NCBI GenBank assembly: GCA_041661405.1
Contig: JBAZUL010000009.1
Span: forward strand, 464-64,463
Source: Patescibacteria group bacterium
GTDB taxonomy: Bacteria; Patescibacteriota; Patescibacteriia; Patescibacteriales; JBAZCA01
DNA: 64,000 nucleotides
Direction: 5' to 3'
Shown here: piece after piece, positions 41,455-50,328 of the stretch
How positions within the stretch are numbered: position 1 is the first letter of the stretch
How the letters are laid out: each line of letters starts with the position of its first letter
Notes under the pieces: model-generated
Database searches by the model: none
What the model was told of the DNA's origin: nothing
What the model saw: the letters and a program-made list of their open reading frames with translations, nothing else
Made by a program: the position numbers and the translations under genes

Positions 41455-43947
41455 CTAAACCCCGATTTTTACCCGCCTTAAAATCTCCGCTTCTATGATA
41501 TGGCGATCCTGCCCGTATTTCAGGCGCGACAGGGATTTTATTTTTCCAGCCAGGTCTTTCCGCTCAATTCCGGGCAGCGGCCAGACCGGTTTTAGCGAAA
41601 AAGGCCGGGTTGGCGAATTATCAATAAGCATTTTCGCGTAGCAGGTGTATTTATCAACATTGATAAGGTCATACTGGTTAAAAACCGGCTCAAATTCCTT
41701 TACCAGTTTTTCCGCGTCTTCGGAACCGACCTTAAAAACAAACCATGATCCGGCGTTGCCGAAAACCGCGTCTTTGATCGTGGTCTCGTTTTTATGGATT
41801 AGCTGGCCGAGGTATTGGTGCGCCATGATGAGATTTAAGCGGTATTTCCGGGCTTCGGACAAAATCGTCGCGACCGAATCGGTGGTAAAATTATGGAACT
41901 CGTCAATGTAAAGATAAAAATCCTTCCTTTCTTCCAAGGGGATGTCGCCGCGGGAAAGCGCGTTCATTAAGACTTTACCGACAAGGATCATGCCGAGCAA
42001 AAAAGAATTCATCTCCCCGATCTGGCCTTTGGACAAATCAACGAGAAGAATTTTTTGCCGGTCCATAACGTCGCGCAGGTTAAAGGAGCTTTTCTGCTGG
42101 CCGATTATCGGCCGCATCATGTCGTTTGAGATGAATGAGGTGAGTTTTGACGTAACATAAGGAACGATGTTTGCGAGCGCCGCGTCCCCCCCGGCTTTTT
42201 CCGCTTCTTTTCTCCAGAAATCAACTACGGTCGGGTCAGAACATTTTAAAAGTTTTTGCCGCCGAAAAGTCGCGTCAGCGAGCACCTTCGGAATTTCCAT
42301 GAGCGTTGAACCCGAATCCGGATCGCTCATGACTAAGAGCATGGCGTTTCTCATATACTGTTCAAAAATCGGACCGCCAGTCGCTTTTAAGTCGTATAGT
42401 TTGTCAAAAATCCGGATCATCTCGTTAATGACAAAAGTTTTTTGCTCGGGATAACGCTCGTCATATTCCATGAGATTTAAAGCCAAAGGCCGCTTTATGT
42501 CCGACGGAGCGAATAAAATTACGTCCTCCACCCGCTCGGGCGGGATGCGCGAGAGGATGTCGGCAATCAAGTCGCCGTGCGGATCAATTACTCCGACACC
42601 TTCGCCGTTTATGATGTCCTGGATGGCGAGACCGGCGAGAAACTGCGATTTACCCACGCCGGATTTACCAATGGCGTACATATGCCGCCTCCGGTCGTCG
42701 CGCTTAATATGGATTTGTTTGGCCATGCCCCGAAAAACGTTATTGCCGACGACGATTCCTTCTTCCGGCGTTCCGGCCGGCGCCGGGGCGTGTTTCGCTA
42801 AAAGCCAGAGGATGTTCGGCGTATCGTTCCAGCGCAGGGGAAAATGGTAAAGCGAGGTAAGCTCTTCGGAATTCAAAAGGATCTTTATCCGCTCGCCGAA
42901 GCGGCGGTGGATAAAATCGTTTATGAGCTGGTTCTGGATAAATTGGTTATTCTGCCACCACCTTAAAACTTTATTGTCAAAATAATTGCCGTATTCGTAA
43001 AAATTATACTGGGAAAAAACCGCGCCGGCGTCCATAAGATGCATTTTCGCGTGCTCCAGTTTTTCCGAACTGATAACCACCCGGATATTCACGTCCAAAC
43101 CGGATTTTGAATTTTTTTCTTCAATGCCTTTTAAAATGTCCTCTTCCATGGCTGAATTCCGTTTTGGCTTATTTTCGTCAAAAGGCTTATTGGGCTTTGA
43201 AGCGCTTACGAGATCCAAGACAAACGATATGACGCTCCCGGTCAAATTAAAATTCAGAGCTTCATGGATCTGCTTGCCACTCATTACTTTGCGGATCACC
43301 TTTCGCGCCCGTTTATGCCATCTGCCGTGGGCGCTCCGGACAACGTACTGGACGGCCATGCCCTCGTCCGGCTCCAGCTTGCTCATAACATTAGTGATGG
43401 AATTCAACGGATCCACTTCCATTTTCTTGTAGGTCTTTAAAGGGAAAATAAAATCTTTCTTCACCCTTAAATAGCCGGCAATCACTTTTGATCCCGGGCT
43501 GAAAATATTGTAGTCTTCAACCGGCTCAATCGCGGCTTCGGGAAAATGGGCCTGGACCTGCTGGAGGAGATAATCGCTCATTCCCCGCGGACAGGCCATG
43601 TAAAAAGAAATTATTTTTTTATGGGCGACAATTTCAAAAGAAAAATGGTCGTTCCGCCCAAAAAACCAGGCCGCGATCCCGCGGCCCGCCCGGAGGCCGC
43701 CGATGGCGGAAAACAAAGTCTCGCATTTGGCGATTTCCTCGTGAAGCTTCTGCACCCGCTGGTAGTTCATTTCTTTCTGGTCTTCCCCTGGTTTTTCCTT
43801 CGGCAGTTTAATCTGGAAAATCGCGTGGTCAAAATAACTGCTGTTTTTGGATAACCAGCGGAAAATTTTTCTCATGCCCAAAACAAAGCCGCATAAAACG
43901 ACCAGCCACAGGATGGAAAATGTCCAGATATTTACGAGCAGTCCCAT
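41455..43947 (-). CDS. membrane-anchored FtsK/HerA-superfamily P-loop ATPase (TraD/VirD4/DUF87-like)
   Basis: An N-terminal TM segment is followed by Walker A (GKSGVGKS), Walker B (FYLYIDEFHNF) and LIMAHQYLGQL. The start was moved to the ATG at 43947, which is preceded by TGTTATAAT-9 nt. Confidence 0.6.
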   Translation of the reverse strand: MGLLVNIWTFSILWLVVLCGFVLGMRKIFRWLSKNSSYFDHAIFQIKLPKEKPGEDQKEMNYQRVQKLHEEIAKCETLFSAIGGLRAGRGIAAWFFGRNDHFSFEIVAHKKIISFYMACPRGMSDYLLQQVQAHFPEAAIEPVEDYNIFSPGSKVIAGYLRVKKDFIFPLKTYKKMEVDPLNSITNVMSKLEPDEGMAVQYVVRSAHGRWHKRARKVIRKVMSGKQIHEALNFNLTGSVISFVLDLVSASKPNKPFDENKPKRNSAMEEDILKGIEEKNSKSGLDVNIRVVISSEKLEHAKMHLMDAGAVFSQYNFYEYGNYFDNKVLRWWQNNQFIQNQLINDFIHRRFGERIKILLNSEELTSLYHFPLRWNDTPNILWLLAKHAPAPAGTPEEGIVVGNNVFRGMAKQIHIKRDDRRRHMYAIGKSGVGKSQFLAGLAIQDIINGEGVGVIDPHGDLIADILSRIPPERVEDVILFAPSDIKRPLALNLMEYDERYPEQKTFVINEMIRIFDKLYDLKATGGPIFEQYMRNAMLLVMSDPDSGSTLMEIPKVLADATFRRQKLLKCSDPTVVDFWRKEAEKAGGDAALANIVPYVTSKLTSFISNDMMRPIIGQQKSSFNLRDVMDRQKILLVDLSKGQIGEMNSFLLGMILVGKVLMNALSRGDIPLEERKDFYLYIDEFHNFTTDSVATILSEARKYRLNLIMAHQYLGQLIHKNETTIKDAVFGNAGSWFVFKVGSEDAEKLVKEFEPVFNQYDLINVDKYTCYAKMLIDNSPTRPFSLKPVWPLPGIERKDLAGKIKSLSRLKYGQDRHIIEAEILRRVKIGV

Positions 43948-43957
43948 ATGGGATATA

Positions 43958-45040
43958 TTATAACATTTTTTCTCCGGCTTGAACACGCGACATCAGTCGG
44001 CGCAACTCGCTGGCGTCCCCGGGAGTAAAGAGCGCGCCGCCGCATTTTTCAATCAATTCGGGAATTCCTCCGATCCGCGACGCAATAACCGGCAGTCCGG
44101 CCCGGCAGGCTTCAAAAATTACGGCCGGAGCGTTTTCATAGCAAAGCGAAGGGACAACAAGGCAATCCGCAACGGCCATGATTTTTTCTACTTCTTCGCG
44201 GCTTTTGCGCCCAAAGAATTTAATCCGCGAGTTTTGGCCAGCCCTTTCTTTCAGGCTGGCCAAAAATCCGCCTTCCCCGACAATCAATAATTCCGCGTTT
44301 CCTTTTGATCCGCCGAACGCCTCAATAAGAGTTTCAACACCTTTATGCTTTTCCACTTGCCCGACAAAAAGAAAATTAAAACCACCGTTCTCGTCTTTTG
44401 TCCTTAATATTGAATCTCCAATTGCCGATTTCTTAACTTCAATTTTTGAATTTGAAAAGAATCCTCTTTCCTGATGCAGATTTATAAGCCAATTCGTCGG
44501 GGAAATAACCTTATTAGGCGATCCGAGCAATTGGGCGCAGATACGCTGGTAAAATATAGCCGCCGCGCTGTCCAGTTTTTTTTCTTCGCCAAAATATAAA
44601 AGCCCGGAAGGGTAAACAAGCTGAATATCATGCAAATAGTGATAATGTTCAATTTCCAACTTTCTTATCATCCCAGGGATAAGATAGCCGATGCCTTTCA
44701 GGTTGTGCGTAACAATCAAATCCGGCTTTTCTTTTTCCAGAATTCTTTTTACCCGATAGCATGAAACAGCGTCAAACATGTCCCAAACATGCCAAGTCAA
44801 GCGCGAAATTAAGGGCAGTTTTGACAGATTATAGTACAATCCCGGGATTTGAAATATTTTTATATTTTCATTGGAAATTGGAAATTGGAAATTGGAAATT
44901 TTATTGGAATACGGTTTTGTCGTAATTACAATAATTTCATGCCCCTCCTTGATGTATGCCTCAGACATGATTTCTACCACCCGCTCGGCTCCCCCTCGGT
45001 CGTATGGCTTGTATAAGTTGTTTATTAAGCAGATTTTCAT
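43958..45040 (-). CDS. glycosyltransferase family 4 (GT-B)
   Basis: YKPYDRGGAERVV opens the protein, and the C-terminus has E..PAVIFEA.A.GLPVIAS...GIPE (an EX7E region). A heptamer array lies inside the ORF. Confidence 0.85.
   Translation of the reverse strand: MKICLINNLYKPYDRGGAERVVEIMSEAYIKEGHEIIVITTKPYSNKISNFQFPISNENIKIFQIPGLYYNLSKLPLISRLTWHVWDMFDAVSCYRVKRILEKEKPDLIVTHNLKGIGYLIPGMIRKLEIEHYHYLHDIQLVYPSGLLYFGEEKKLDSAAAIFYQRICAQLLGSPNKVISPTNWLINLHQERGFFSNSKIEVKKSAIGDSILRTKDENGGFNFLFVGQVEKHKGVETLIEAFGGSKGNAELLIVGEGGFLASLKERAGQNSRIKFFGRKSREEVEKIMAVADCLVVPSLCYENAPAVIFEACRAGLPVIASRIGGIPELIEKCGGALFTPGDASELRRLMSRVQAGEKML
44870..44900. repeat. tandem heptanucleotide array (ATTGGAA)x4 plus a partial unit, inside the GT4 coding sequence
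   Basis: Four perfect units span 44870-44897, and another copy lies at 44903-44909. The array is translated as [13 protein letters not shown]. Confidence 0.9.
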
Positions 45041-45079
45041 TCATTTATCGCCCCCTGTTTCCATTTTTAAAACTACATT

Positions 45080-46249
45080 TTACGCCTTTATCGCTTTCTC
45101 CAGCTCATCCCCGGTTTTCTCCCAATCATATTTCATTTCAACCAGCTTTCTCCCGGCCCGGCCCATTTTCCTCCGCAGTTCATCATCCGCCAATATTTTT
45201 TCCATTTTTTCCGCAAGGTCTTTCGCGTCTCCGGCCCGAGCGAGATACCCTTGAATTCCATCCTGAAAAACGCTTCTTACTCCCGGCAGGTTTGACGCGA
45301 TTACTGGCGTTCCCGAGGCCATGGCTTCCAGAAGGACCAACCCGAAAGCCTCGCCTTTGGCAACGGACGGCAGGACAAAAATGTCCGCTGACCGGTATAA
45401 TTTCGGTAATTCATCGGATGAAACCGAACCCAGGAACTTCGTCTTATCCGCAATGCCCAGATTTTCCGCCATCTTTTCGTAATGCGCTTTTAAATCGCCG
45501 CTACCAACGATTTGTAATTCATAATTTGCCTGCCTGCCGGTAGGCAAGGTAATTCGTAATTCACTCATTGCATCCAGCAACGTGTCCAGCCCTTTAAAAT
45601 AGTGCGCCCGGTCAAGGCCGGCGACGAATAAAATGGTCTTAGCTTTACCTGCGCTTTCTGTTTTCGCGTTTTCAGCTTCCGCGGCCGCTGGATAAAATCT
45701 TTTTAAATCAACTCCGAACGGCAGTTCAATAAATTTCTCCCGGCGCCTGGCGTACGAACTTTTAATATCGCTATTTTTAACATAATCCAAACTGGCGGTT
45801 AATACCGCGTCCGAACGCCGGATCAGGCCGGGCAATATGAACTTTGACGGCAGGCTCATCATTCCGGCAAAAGGCGAAAGTCCGGAGACGTCCATATGAT
45901 ACTGAAAAATTAATTTCCCCTTAAACATCCCGAATATCCGGGCGAGCCAGACCACTTCAGCGGTTCCGAAAAACGGATAATGCAAAATTACGGCGTCAAA
46001 ATTTCTCAGCTTAAAAAAAATCCGCGGGAGAAAAGCCGCGTTGCCGTATTTTAAAACCGGTTTCAAACGCGCAACCTTTTTATATCCGCTCAAGCCATCT
46101 GATTCCAAAGTATTTAATTTTCCGCGGAGCGGGGTGAAAGTTGTGATGCTATGCCCCCTCTCTGCTAAAAGCCGGGCGTAATTCAGAGCGACATTCCCCA
46201 TGCCGCCTTTATACGGCGGAAAGGTGCTGATAATTTGGGCGATTTTCAT
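45080..46249 (-). CDS. glycosyltransferase family 4 (GT-B)
   Basis: PYKGGMGNVA opens the protein, followed by PSVAKGEAFGLVLLEAMASGTPVIASNLPGVRSV. Confidence 0.85.
   Translation of the reverse strand: MKIAQIISTFPPYKGGMGNVALNYARLLAERGHSITTFTPLRGKLNTLESDGLSGYKKVARLKPVLKYGNAAFLPRIFFKLRNFDAVILHYPFFGTAEVVWLARIFGMFKGKLIFQYHMDVSGLSPFAGMMSLPSKFILPGLIRRSDAVLTASLDYVKNSDIKSSYARRREKFIELPFGVDLKRFYPAAAEAENAKTESAGKAKTILFVAGLDRAHYFKGLDTLLDAMSELRITLPTGRQANYELQIVGSGDLKAHYEKMAENLGIADKTKFLGSVSSDELPKLYRSADIFVLPSVAKGEAFGLVLLEAMASGTPVIASNLPGVRSVFQDGIQGYLARAGDAKDLAEKMEKILADDELRRKMGRAGRKLVEMKYDWEKTGDELEKAIKA
45514..45561. repeat. 22-nt GC palindrome flanked by 13-nt direct repeats, embedded in-frame in the GT4 gene
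   Basis: The sequence is gtaattcataatt | tgcctgcctgccggtaggcaag | gtaattcgtaatt. The core closely matches the intergenic palindrome at 676-697. Confidence 0.7.
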
Positions 46250-46256
46250 ATTTATT

Positions 46257-46332
46257 CCTCACCCCAACGGGCTCAAGGCAAGCTCCCCTCGCCCGCGACG
46301 ATTAGGAGCGGGAGAGGGGTTTGGGGGTGAGG
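46257..46332 (-). promoter_or_regulatory. two-tier GC hairpin whose outer stem pairs the Shine-Dalgarno region of the 45080-46249 gene
   Basis: In the mRNA sense the outer stem is CCUCACCCC (46332-46324) paired with GGGGUGAGG (46265-46257), followed by 7 nt and the AUG. The inner stem is 12 bp with one mismatch. Confidence 0.45.
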
Positions 46333-46339
46333 GGAATTA

Positions 46340-48274
46340 TCAAACAATAAGCAGAATTACTAAAAGCGCGATAAGCCCCAGAGTCTTAAAAATGACATGC
46401 GGGTGCTGTTTTTTTATGTTGATAAAAATTTTTAACAGGAGGGAGATGGATGCGATAATAATAAGCAGAGTATAGTAAATTGAATTGAAGTTAAAAATCC
46501 GCCTTATGCCGGCGCCCTGATGGCTCTTTAAAAAGGAATACTGGTCAATAAGGGAAGTTTCGGCCGGAATGATATTCTTCCAGTTTATGTCTTCCGCGAT
46601 CGTATTGCCGGCGAAATCGATGGCCGTTAAGGTAGCCGGCACTATTGGATCAAAAACATCTTTTTCATCACTGCCGAAAATCAAAAGGCTGCCGGTCCAT
46701 TTATTCGGGTCGCCCGGGTCTTGGGTGAGGCTGATCCTGTTGTTTAAAAAATTTATTTCCGCCCGGGCCGTATCCGGACTTAAATACGCGGTGGCCATGA
46801 CCAGCTTTTCATTTTTCCCTTGCGGGGAATCAACGGTTATGAAAGTCCTTTCGGCGTCAATCACCGGAGGAGTCAAATCAATAAAAAACGGCTTTTCCTC
46901 GGAAGTTGAAGATAGTCCGGCTTTTTCCGCCGCGACCCGGAATTTATGCGGCCCTTCGCCGATTTCAAGCGTAAATTTTACGTAATCAACATCTGCTTCC
47001 TTAACCGCTGAATAAATTTCCAGGCCATTATCATAAAGCGCTACCCGTTCGGATCCCGGAGAAAATATTTCAAAATCAATATTTTTTTCATTACCATAGT
47101 CGTTGGCCGGCAATACAATATTCGGAGCGGACGGAGGAACAGGCGCGGGCTCATTTTCTGCCGGTACGCTTTCCGCCGGTTTGGCCGGAACATCAACACC
47201 ATCTTTTTTCGCGGGTTTTTGAGGAGTAATGCTTTCCGAAGCGACTTTCGGCGCCGGTTTCTCCTCGTTCTTAACGGCCGGTAAAACCGGTTGAGAATCT
47301 TTTACCGGCTGATCCGCCGGAATTATAGCGGAAGCTGATGCCCCGAAATACTGGGCGACAAAAATAGTCTCATATTTTTCATACATACCCGTTGTCATTC
47401 CGACCCCGATTTCAGTAAAATCTTTGTCAATAATATTGGCGTAATGGGTTTTTGAAGCCACCCAGGCGTTTACCACCTCTTCGGCCGAAGAAAATCCCAT
47501 GGCCAGGTTTTCACCGGCTACGCTAAAGCCATACTTAACGCCGACGAGCCAGTCGGAGAGCTTCCGGTTGTCCGGCCCGGTATGGGAAAAATACTGTTTA
47601 ATAAGCATGTCCTCGGCTTTATTGTAAGCCGCCTGGTTTAATACGCTGCTTTCAGTAAGACTCGGAAGCGCAAGCCCGGTACGGACTTTATTAGTAAGCT
47701 CAATTATTTTCCGGCTTTGTTCAACCAGTATGTCCGGAGTCAGCCAGGCCGAAAGCGGAACGGAAATAAGAAAGGCAACGGATATTATTTTTACAACGAC
47801 CGCGCCCGCCGCCCAGAACGCGAGGCGCCGAGGATGCAGTACCCGGGGAAGGTAATTATTCCCTTCATGGGGGATAAAAAAATTCTTGAGCGGCCCGGCT
47901 CCGAGAGGATTGGTTCCGGCCTTAACTTCGGTACCGTCCAAAATTCCGTCCCCGTCAGTATCGGGATTATTCGGATCAGTCCCGTAAACAAAAACTTCTT
48001 CATAATCACCGATCCCATCATTGTCGCTGTCAACCCTAAAAGGGTCTGTACCGAGTTTTTCTTCAAGCGAATCGGGGATTCCGTCCGCGTCCGAATCTTT
48101 TACCGCTAACCCCGCGTCCTCTTCCAATTCTAAAACCGCTTCGCTTTCCGGCGACTCGTCCGGTCTTTTGCCCTCCGGATTTTTCTCATCCTCGCGACCC
48201 CGCGGAACGTGGGACGCTGGAGGAGTAAGATTCCTTACTTTTATAAAATTTATTCTTTTCTTTTTCCTCGCCAT
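46340..48274 (-). CDS. membrane-anchored CAP/SCP (PR-1-like) domain protein with TSP3-type acidic repeats
   Basis: The acidic repeats read DSDADGIPD...DSDNDGIGD...DTDGDGILD. The CAP region is GENLAMGFSSAEEVVNAWVASKTHYANI. The start is the ATG at 48274, with AGGAAAG upstream. Confidence 0.7.
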   Translation of the reverse strand: MARKKKRINFIKVRNLTPPASHVPRGREDEKNPEGKRPDESPESEAVLELEEDAGLAVKDSDADGIPDSLEEKLGTDPFRVDSDNDGIGDYEEVFVYGTDPNNPDTDGDGILDGTEVKAGTNPLGAGPLKNFFIPHEGNNYLPRVLHPRRLAFWAAGAVVVKIISVAFLISVPLSAWLTPDILVEQSRKIIELTNKVRTGLALPSLTESSVLNQAAYNKAEDMLIKQYFSHTGPDNRKLSDWLVGVKYGFSVAGENLAMGFSSAEEVVNAWVASKTHYANIIDKDFTEIGVGMTTGMYEKYETIFVAQYFGASASAIIPADQPVKDSQPVLPAVKNEEKPAPKVASESITPQKPAKKDGVDVPAKPAESVPAENEPAPVPPSAPNIVLPANDYGNEKNIDFEIFSPGSERVALYDNGLEIYSAVKEADVDYVKFTLEIGEGPHKFRVAAEKAGLSSTSEEKPFFIDLTPPVIDAERTFITVDSPQGKNEKLVMATAYLSPDTARAEINFLNNRISLTQDPGDPNKWTGSLLIFGSDEKDVFDPIVPATLTAIDFAGNTIAEDINWKNIIPAETSLIDQYSFLKSHQGAGIRRIFNFNSIYYTLLIIIASISLLLKIFINIKKQHPHVIFKTLGLIALLVILLIV

Positions 48275-48317
48275 AAAAATCTTTCCTTGTGTTAAGAAAT
48301 TGGCTAAATCTGCTATT

Positions 48318-48345
48318 AGTATAACAAATTTACCAGCAATGGCAA
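48318..48345 (-). promoter_or_regulatory. candidate promoter of the CAP-domain gene
   Basis: The minus strand reads TTGCCA-16 nt-TATACT. Confidence 0.4.
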
Positions 48346-48374
48346 ACAAATATAAAACCGCCAATCAAGGCGGT
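48345..48374 (-). terminator. rho-independent terminator after the hydrolase gene
   Basis: Stem ACCGCC/GGCGGT with a 6-nt loop is followed by TTTTATATTT on the minus strand. Confidence 0.55.
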
Positions 48375-48457
48375 CTCTTTGTCCCGGCAAATTACAGTTG
48401 CTTCACCGCGTGCTTCTTTGTCGGGAAATTAAAATATATTCGCTTCATTCGCGTTTC

Positions 48458-49243
48458 CTAAATCTTACTGAGAAACTCATGGATTTTTTCCATGGTGATT
48501 ATTTTTTCTTTTTCATCAAAGAGATCAAGGTCATGGTTGTCCAAAGGAAGATATTCAACCCTTTTTATCCGGGATAAAACATTATCGTAAACGAATCTGG
48601 CGCTTTTCTTGCTAATGAGATCGCTTTTCCCGGCTTGGAGGATATATAACGGCGCGACAATCCGTTTTACTTCCTTTTTGGTCCTTTGATTAATGAAGTC
48701 AAAAATTTTTCCCGATGTTTTTACCGGAATATACTCATAGCTATGACTGTCCGCCACGTAATTCTTGCGGTAAAAAAAACTGTTTTTACTGACTTTCTCT
48801 ACGCCAAAAAGCTCCAGTATGGGCTGAATTATTTTTAAAAGCAAAAATATCCATAAATTAAAAAAAACCGGGGTTTCCAGGGTGACAACGCCTCTGATTT
48901 TTTCCGGATACCGGGCCGCCAGGGACAGGCATAAATTTCCGCCGAAAGAAGCGCCCACCAGGTAGACGCGACCATGTTTTTCAATAATTCCGCTGAGCAT
49001 TTTTTCCGTCTGCGCGAGCCAATCCTCGGGAAAAAAATTATTAATGGCTTCGTAATTATTTTCATGCCCTAAAAGAATCGGGGTATATATCTCGTAACCT
49101 TTAACCCTGAGGTATCTCAAAAGAAAATCCACGGTTTCGGGCTTTCCGCCAAACCCATGCAAAAATAAAACAGCCGGTTTTTCGCGGCAATTTTGTTCTG
49201 TTGGTTTTTCTTCGTTACTATTGGATGGATTGGGGTTTTCCAT
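48458..49243 (-). CDS. alpha/beta hydrolase (carboxylesterase-like)
   Basis: The product has LFLHGFGG and the nucleophile elbow GASFGG. Confidence 0.8.
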   Translation of the reverse strand: MENPNPSNSNEEKPTEQNCREKPAVLFLHGFGGKPETVDFLLRYLRVKGYEIYTPILLGHENNYEAINNFFPEDWLAQTEKMLSGIIEKHGRVYLVGASFGGNLCLSLAARYPEKIRGVVTLETPVFFNLWIFLLLKIIQPILELFGVEKVSKNSFFYRKNYVADSHSYEYIPVKTSGKIFDFINQRTKKEVKRIVAPLYILQAGKSDLISKKSARFVYDNVLSRIKRVEYLPLDNHDLDLFDEKEKIITMEKIHEFLSKI

Positions 49244-49364
49244 ATCTCGGTCAAAACTGCTAATATAACTTATTAGTATGTCATAAATAAATAGTTATGT
49301 CAATACAAATAGCTAATTTTCATCTAAAATTAGCAAATTTACTTATATTTGGAGAAAAATAATC

Positions 49365-49676
49365 TTATCTTCCGTTCTTTTTGCCTTTATATTTCTGAAT
49401 AGCCATGCGCAAATGGTCTTTCACTTTATCAATAGACTTCAAAATATCTTTTTCGGTTTTTTCCACCCGGATAAGTTCGCCCGGCAGTTTTAAGTTCACT
49501 TCTGTCCGGTAAATTCTGCCGTTTAATTGTCCGCCGACCGCGAGGCCGATTTCAACGTCGCAATTAGTCGGTTTAAAATTTCCGAGATATTTATCCAGCA
49601 TGTCCATTTTTTTCTGGACATACTCTTTAATCTCGGGAGTAAGTTTGATTTTTGTCGCTTTGATTTGGATGTTCAT
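49365..49676 (-). CDS. hpf: ribosome hibernation factor (HPF/RaiA/YfiA family)
   Basis: MNIQIKATKIKLTPEIKEYVQKKMDMLDKYL...YRTEVNLKLPG is the family pattern. The start was moved to the ATG at 49676. Confidence 0.85.
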   Translation of the reverse strand: MNIQIKATKIKLTPEIKEYVQKKMDMLDKYLGNFKPTNCDVEIGLAVGGQLNGRIYRTEVNLKLPGELIRVEKTEKDILKSIDKVKDHLRMAIQKYKGKKNGR

Positions 49677-49694
49677 AATCAATTTACAATTATT

Positions 49695-49714
49695 CAATCT
49701 ACAATCTACAATCA
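49695..49714. repeat. tandem heptamer (CAATCTA)x~3
   Basis: The array lies directly upstream of the hpf start. Confidence 0.8.
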
Positions 49715-49773
49715 TTAAATTACGAATTTCTAATCATTTTTTTTCCTCGCCCTAAATTCGTTGGCGAATTCGT

Positions 49774-49806
49774 GATTGAAGATTGAAGATTGACTGATTG
49801 AAGATT
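49774..49806. repeat. tandem heptamer (GATTGAA)x4, imperfect
   Basis: The sequence reads gattgaa gattgaa gattgac t gattgaa gatt and abuts the response-regulator stop codon. Confidence 0.8.
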
Positions 49807-50176
49807 ATTTTAAGTATTCTTTCGCTTTCGCCGCCACTTCTTTCGGGATGAATTCGCTTTTGTTTAAAAAATCAAAAGCGCCCTCTTTTTTCACCGTCGC
49901 GGGCAGGTCTTTCTGGTTGAAGTTGGATAAAATTATCACCTTTGTCGCTTTCATTTCCGCGTCCGCTTTTATCGCCGCTAGAATATCCCTTCCCTTTTCC
50001 GGGCCTAAGAGAAGGTCAAGGAAAACCAAATCCGGCTTTTCCTTTTTAATTATGCCAAAAGCCTCGTCCCCGCATCTGGCGGTGAATACGTTAAAGCCCG
50101 CCTTGGTCAGTTCCATCTCGTACATTAATAACTGGTCCGGGTCATCTTCAATCATTAAAATTTTTTTTGAAGGCAT
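49805..50176 (-). CDS. single-domain response regulator (CheY-like receiver)
   Basis: The product has MPSKKILMIEDDPD, the phospho-acceptor region PDLVFLDLLL and a conserved Lys region. Confidence 0.88.
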   Translation of the reverse strand: MPSKKILMIEDDPDQLLMYEMELTKAGFNVFTARCGDEAFGIIKKEKPDLVFLDLLLGPEKGRDILAAIKADAEMKATKVIILSNFNQKDLPATVKKEGAFDFLNKSEFIPKEVAAKAKEYLK

Positions 50177-50192
50177 AAGTATTATAATTACT

Positions 50193-50311
50193 AATTTCAA
50201 ATTTCCAATTACTAATAAAAACTCCAATGTCCATAAATTTAATAAATGCGGTTTATATTATTGAGGCATTAGGCATTTTATTGGAAATTAGATATTGGGA
50301 ATTGGAAATTT
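50193..50311. repeat. inverted GGAAATT-type heptamer clusters in the kinase/regulator intergenic region
   Basis: aatttcaaatttccaatt (50193-50210) faces ttggaaatta...gggaattggaaatt (50281-50311). Confidence 0.7.
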
Positions 50312-50328
50312 TTACGCTTAAACCATTA

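Noticed and set aside
45004-45543. 179-aa plus-strand Pro/Phe-rich ORF
   Set aside because: It lies antisense to two well-supported GT4 genes and spans their intergenic gap without any start signal.
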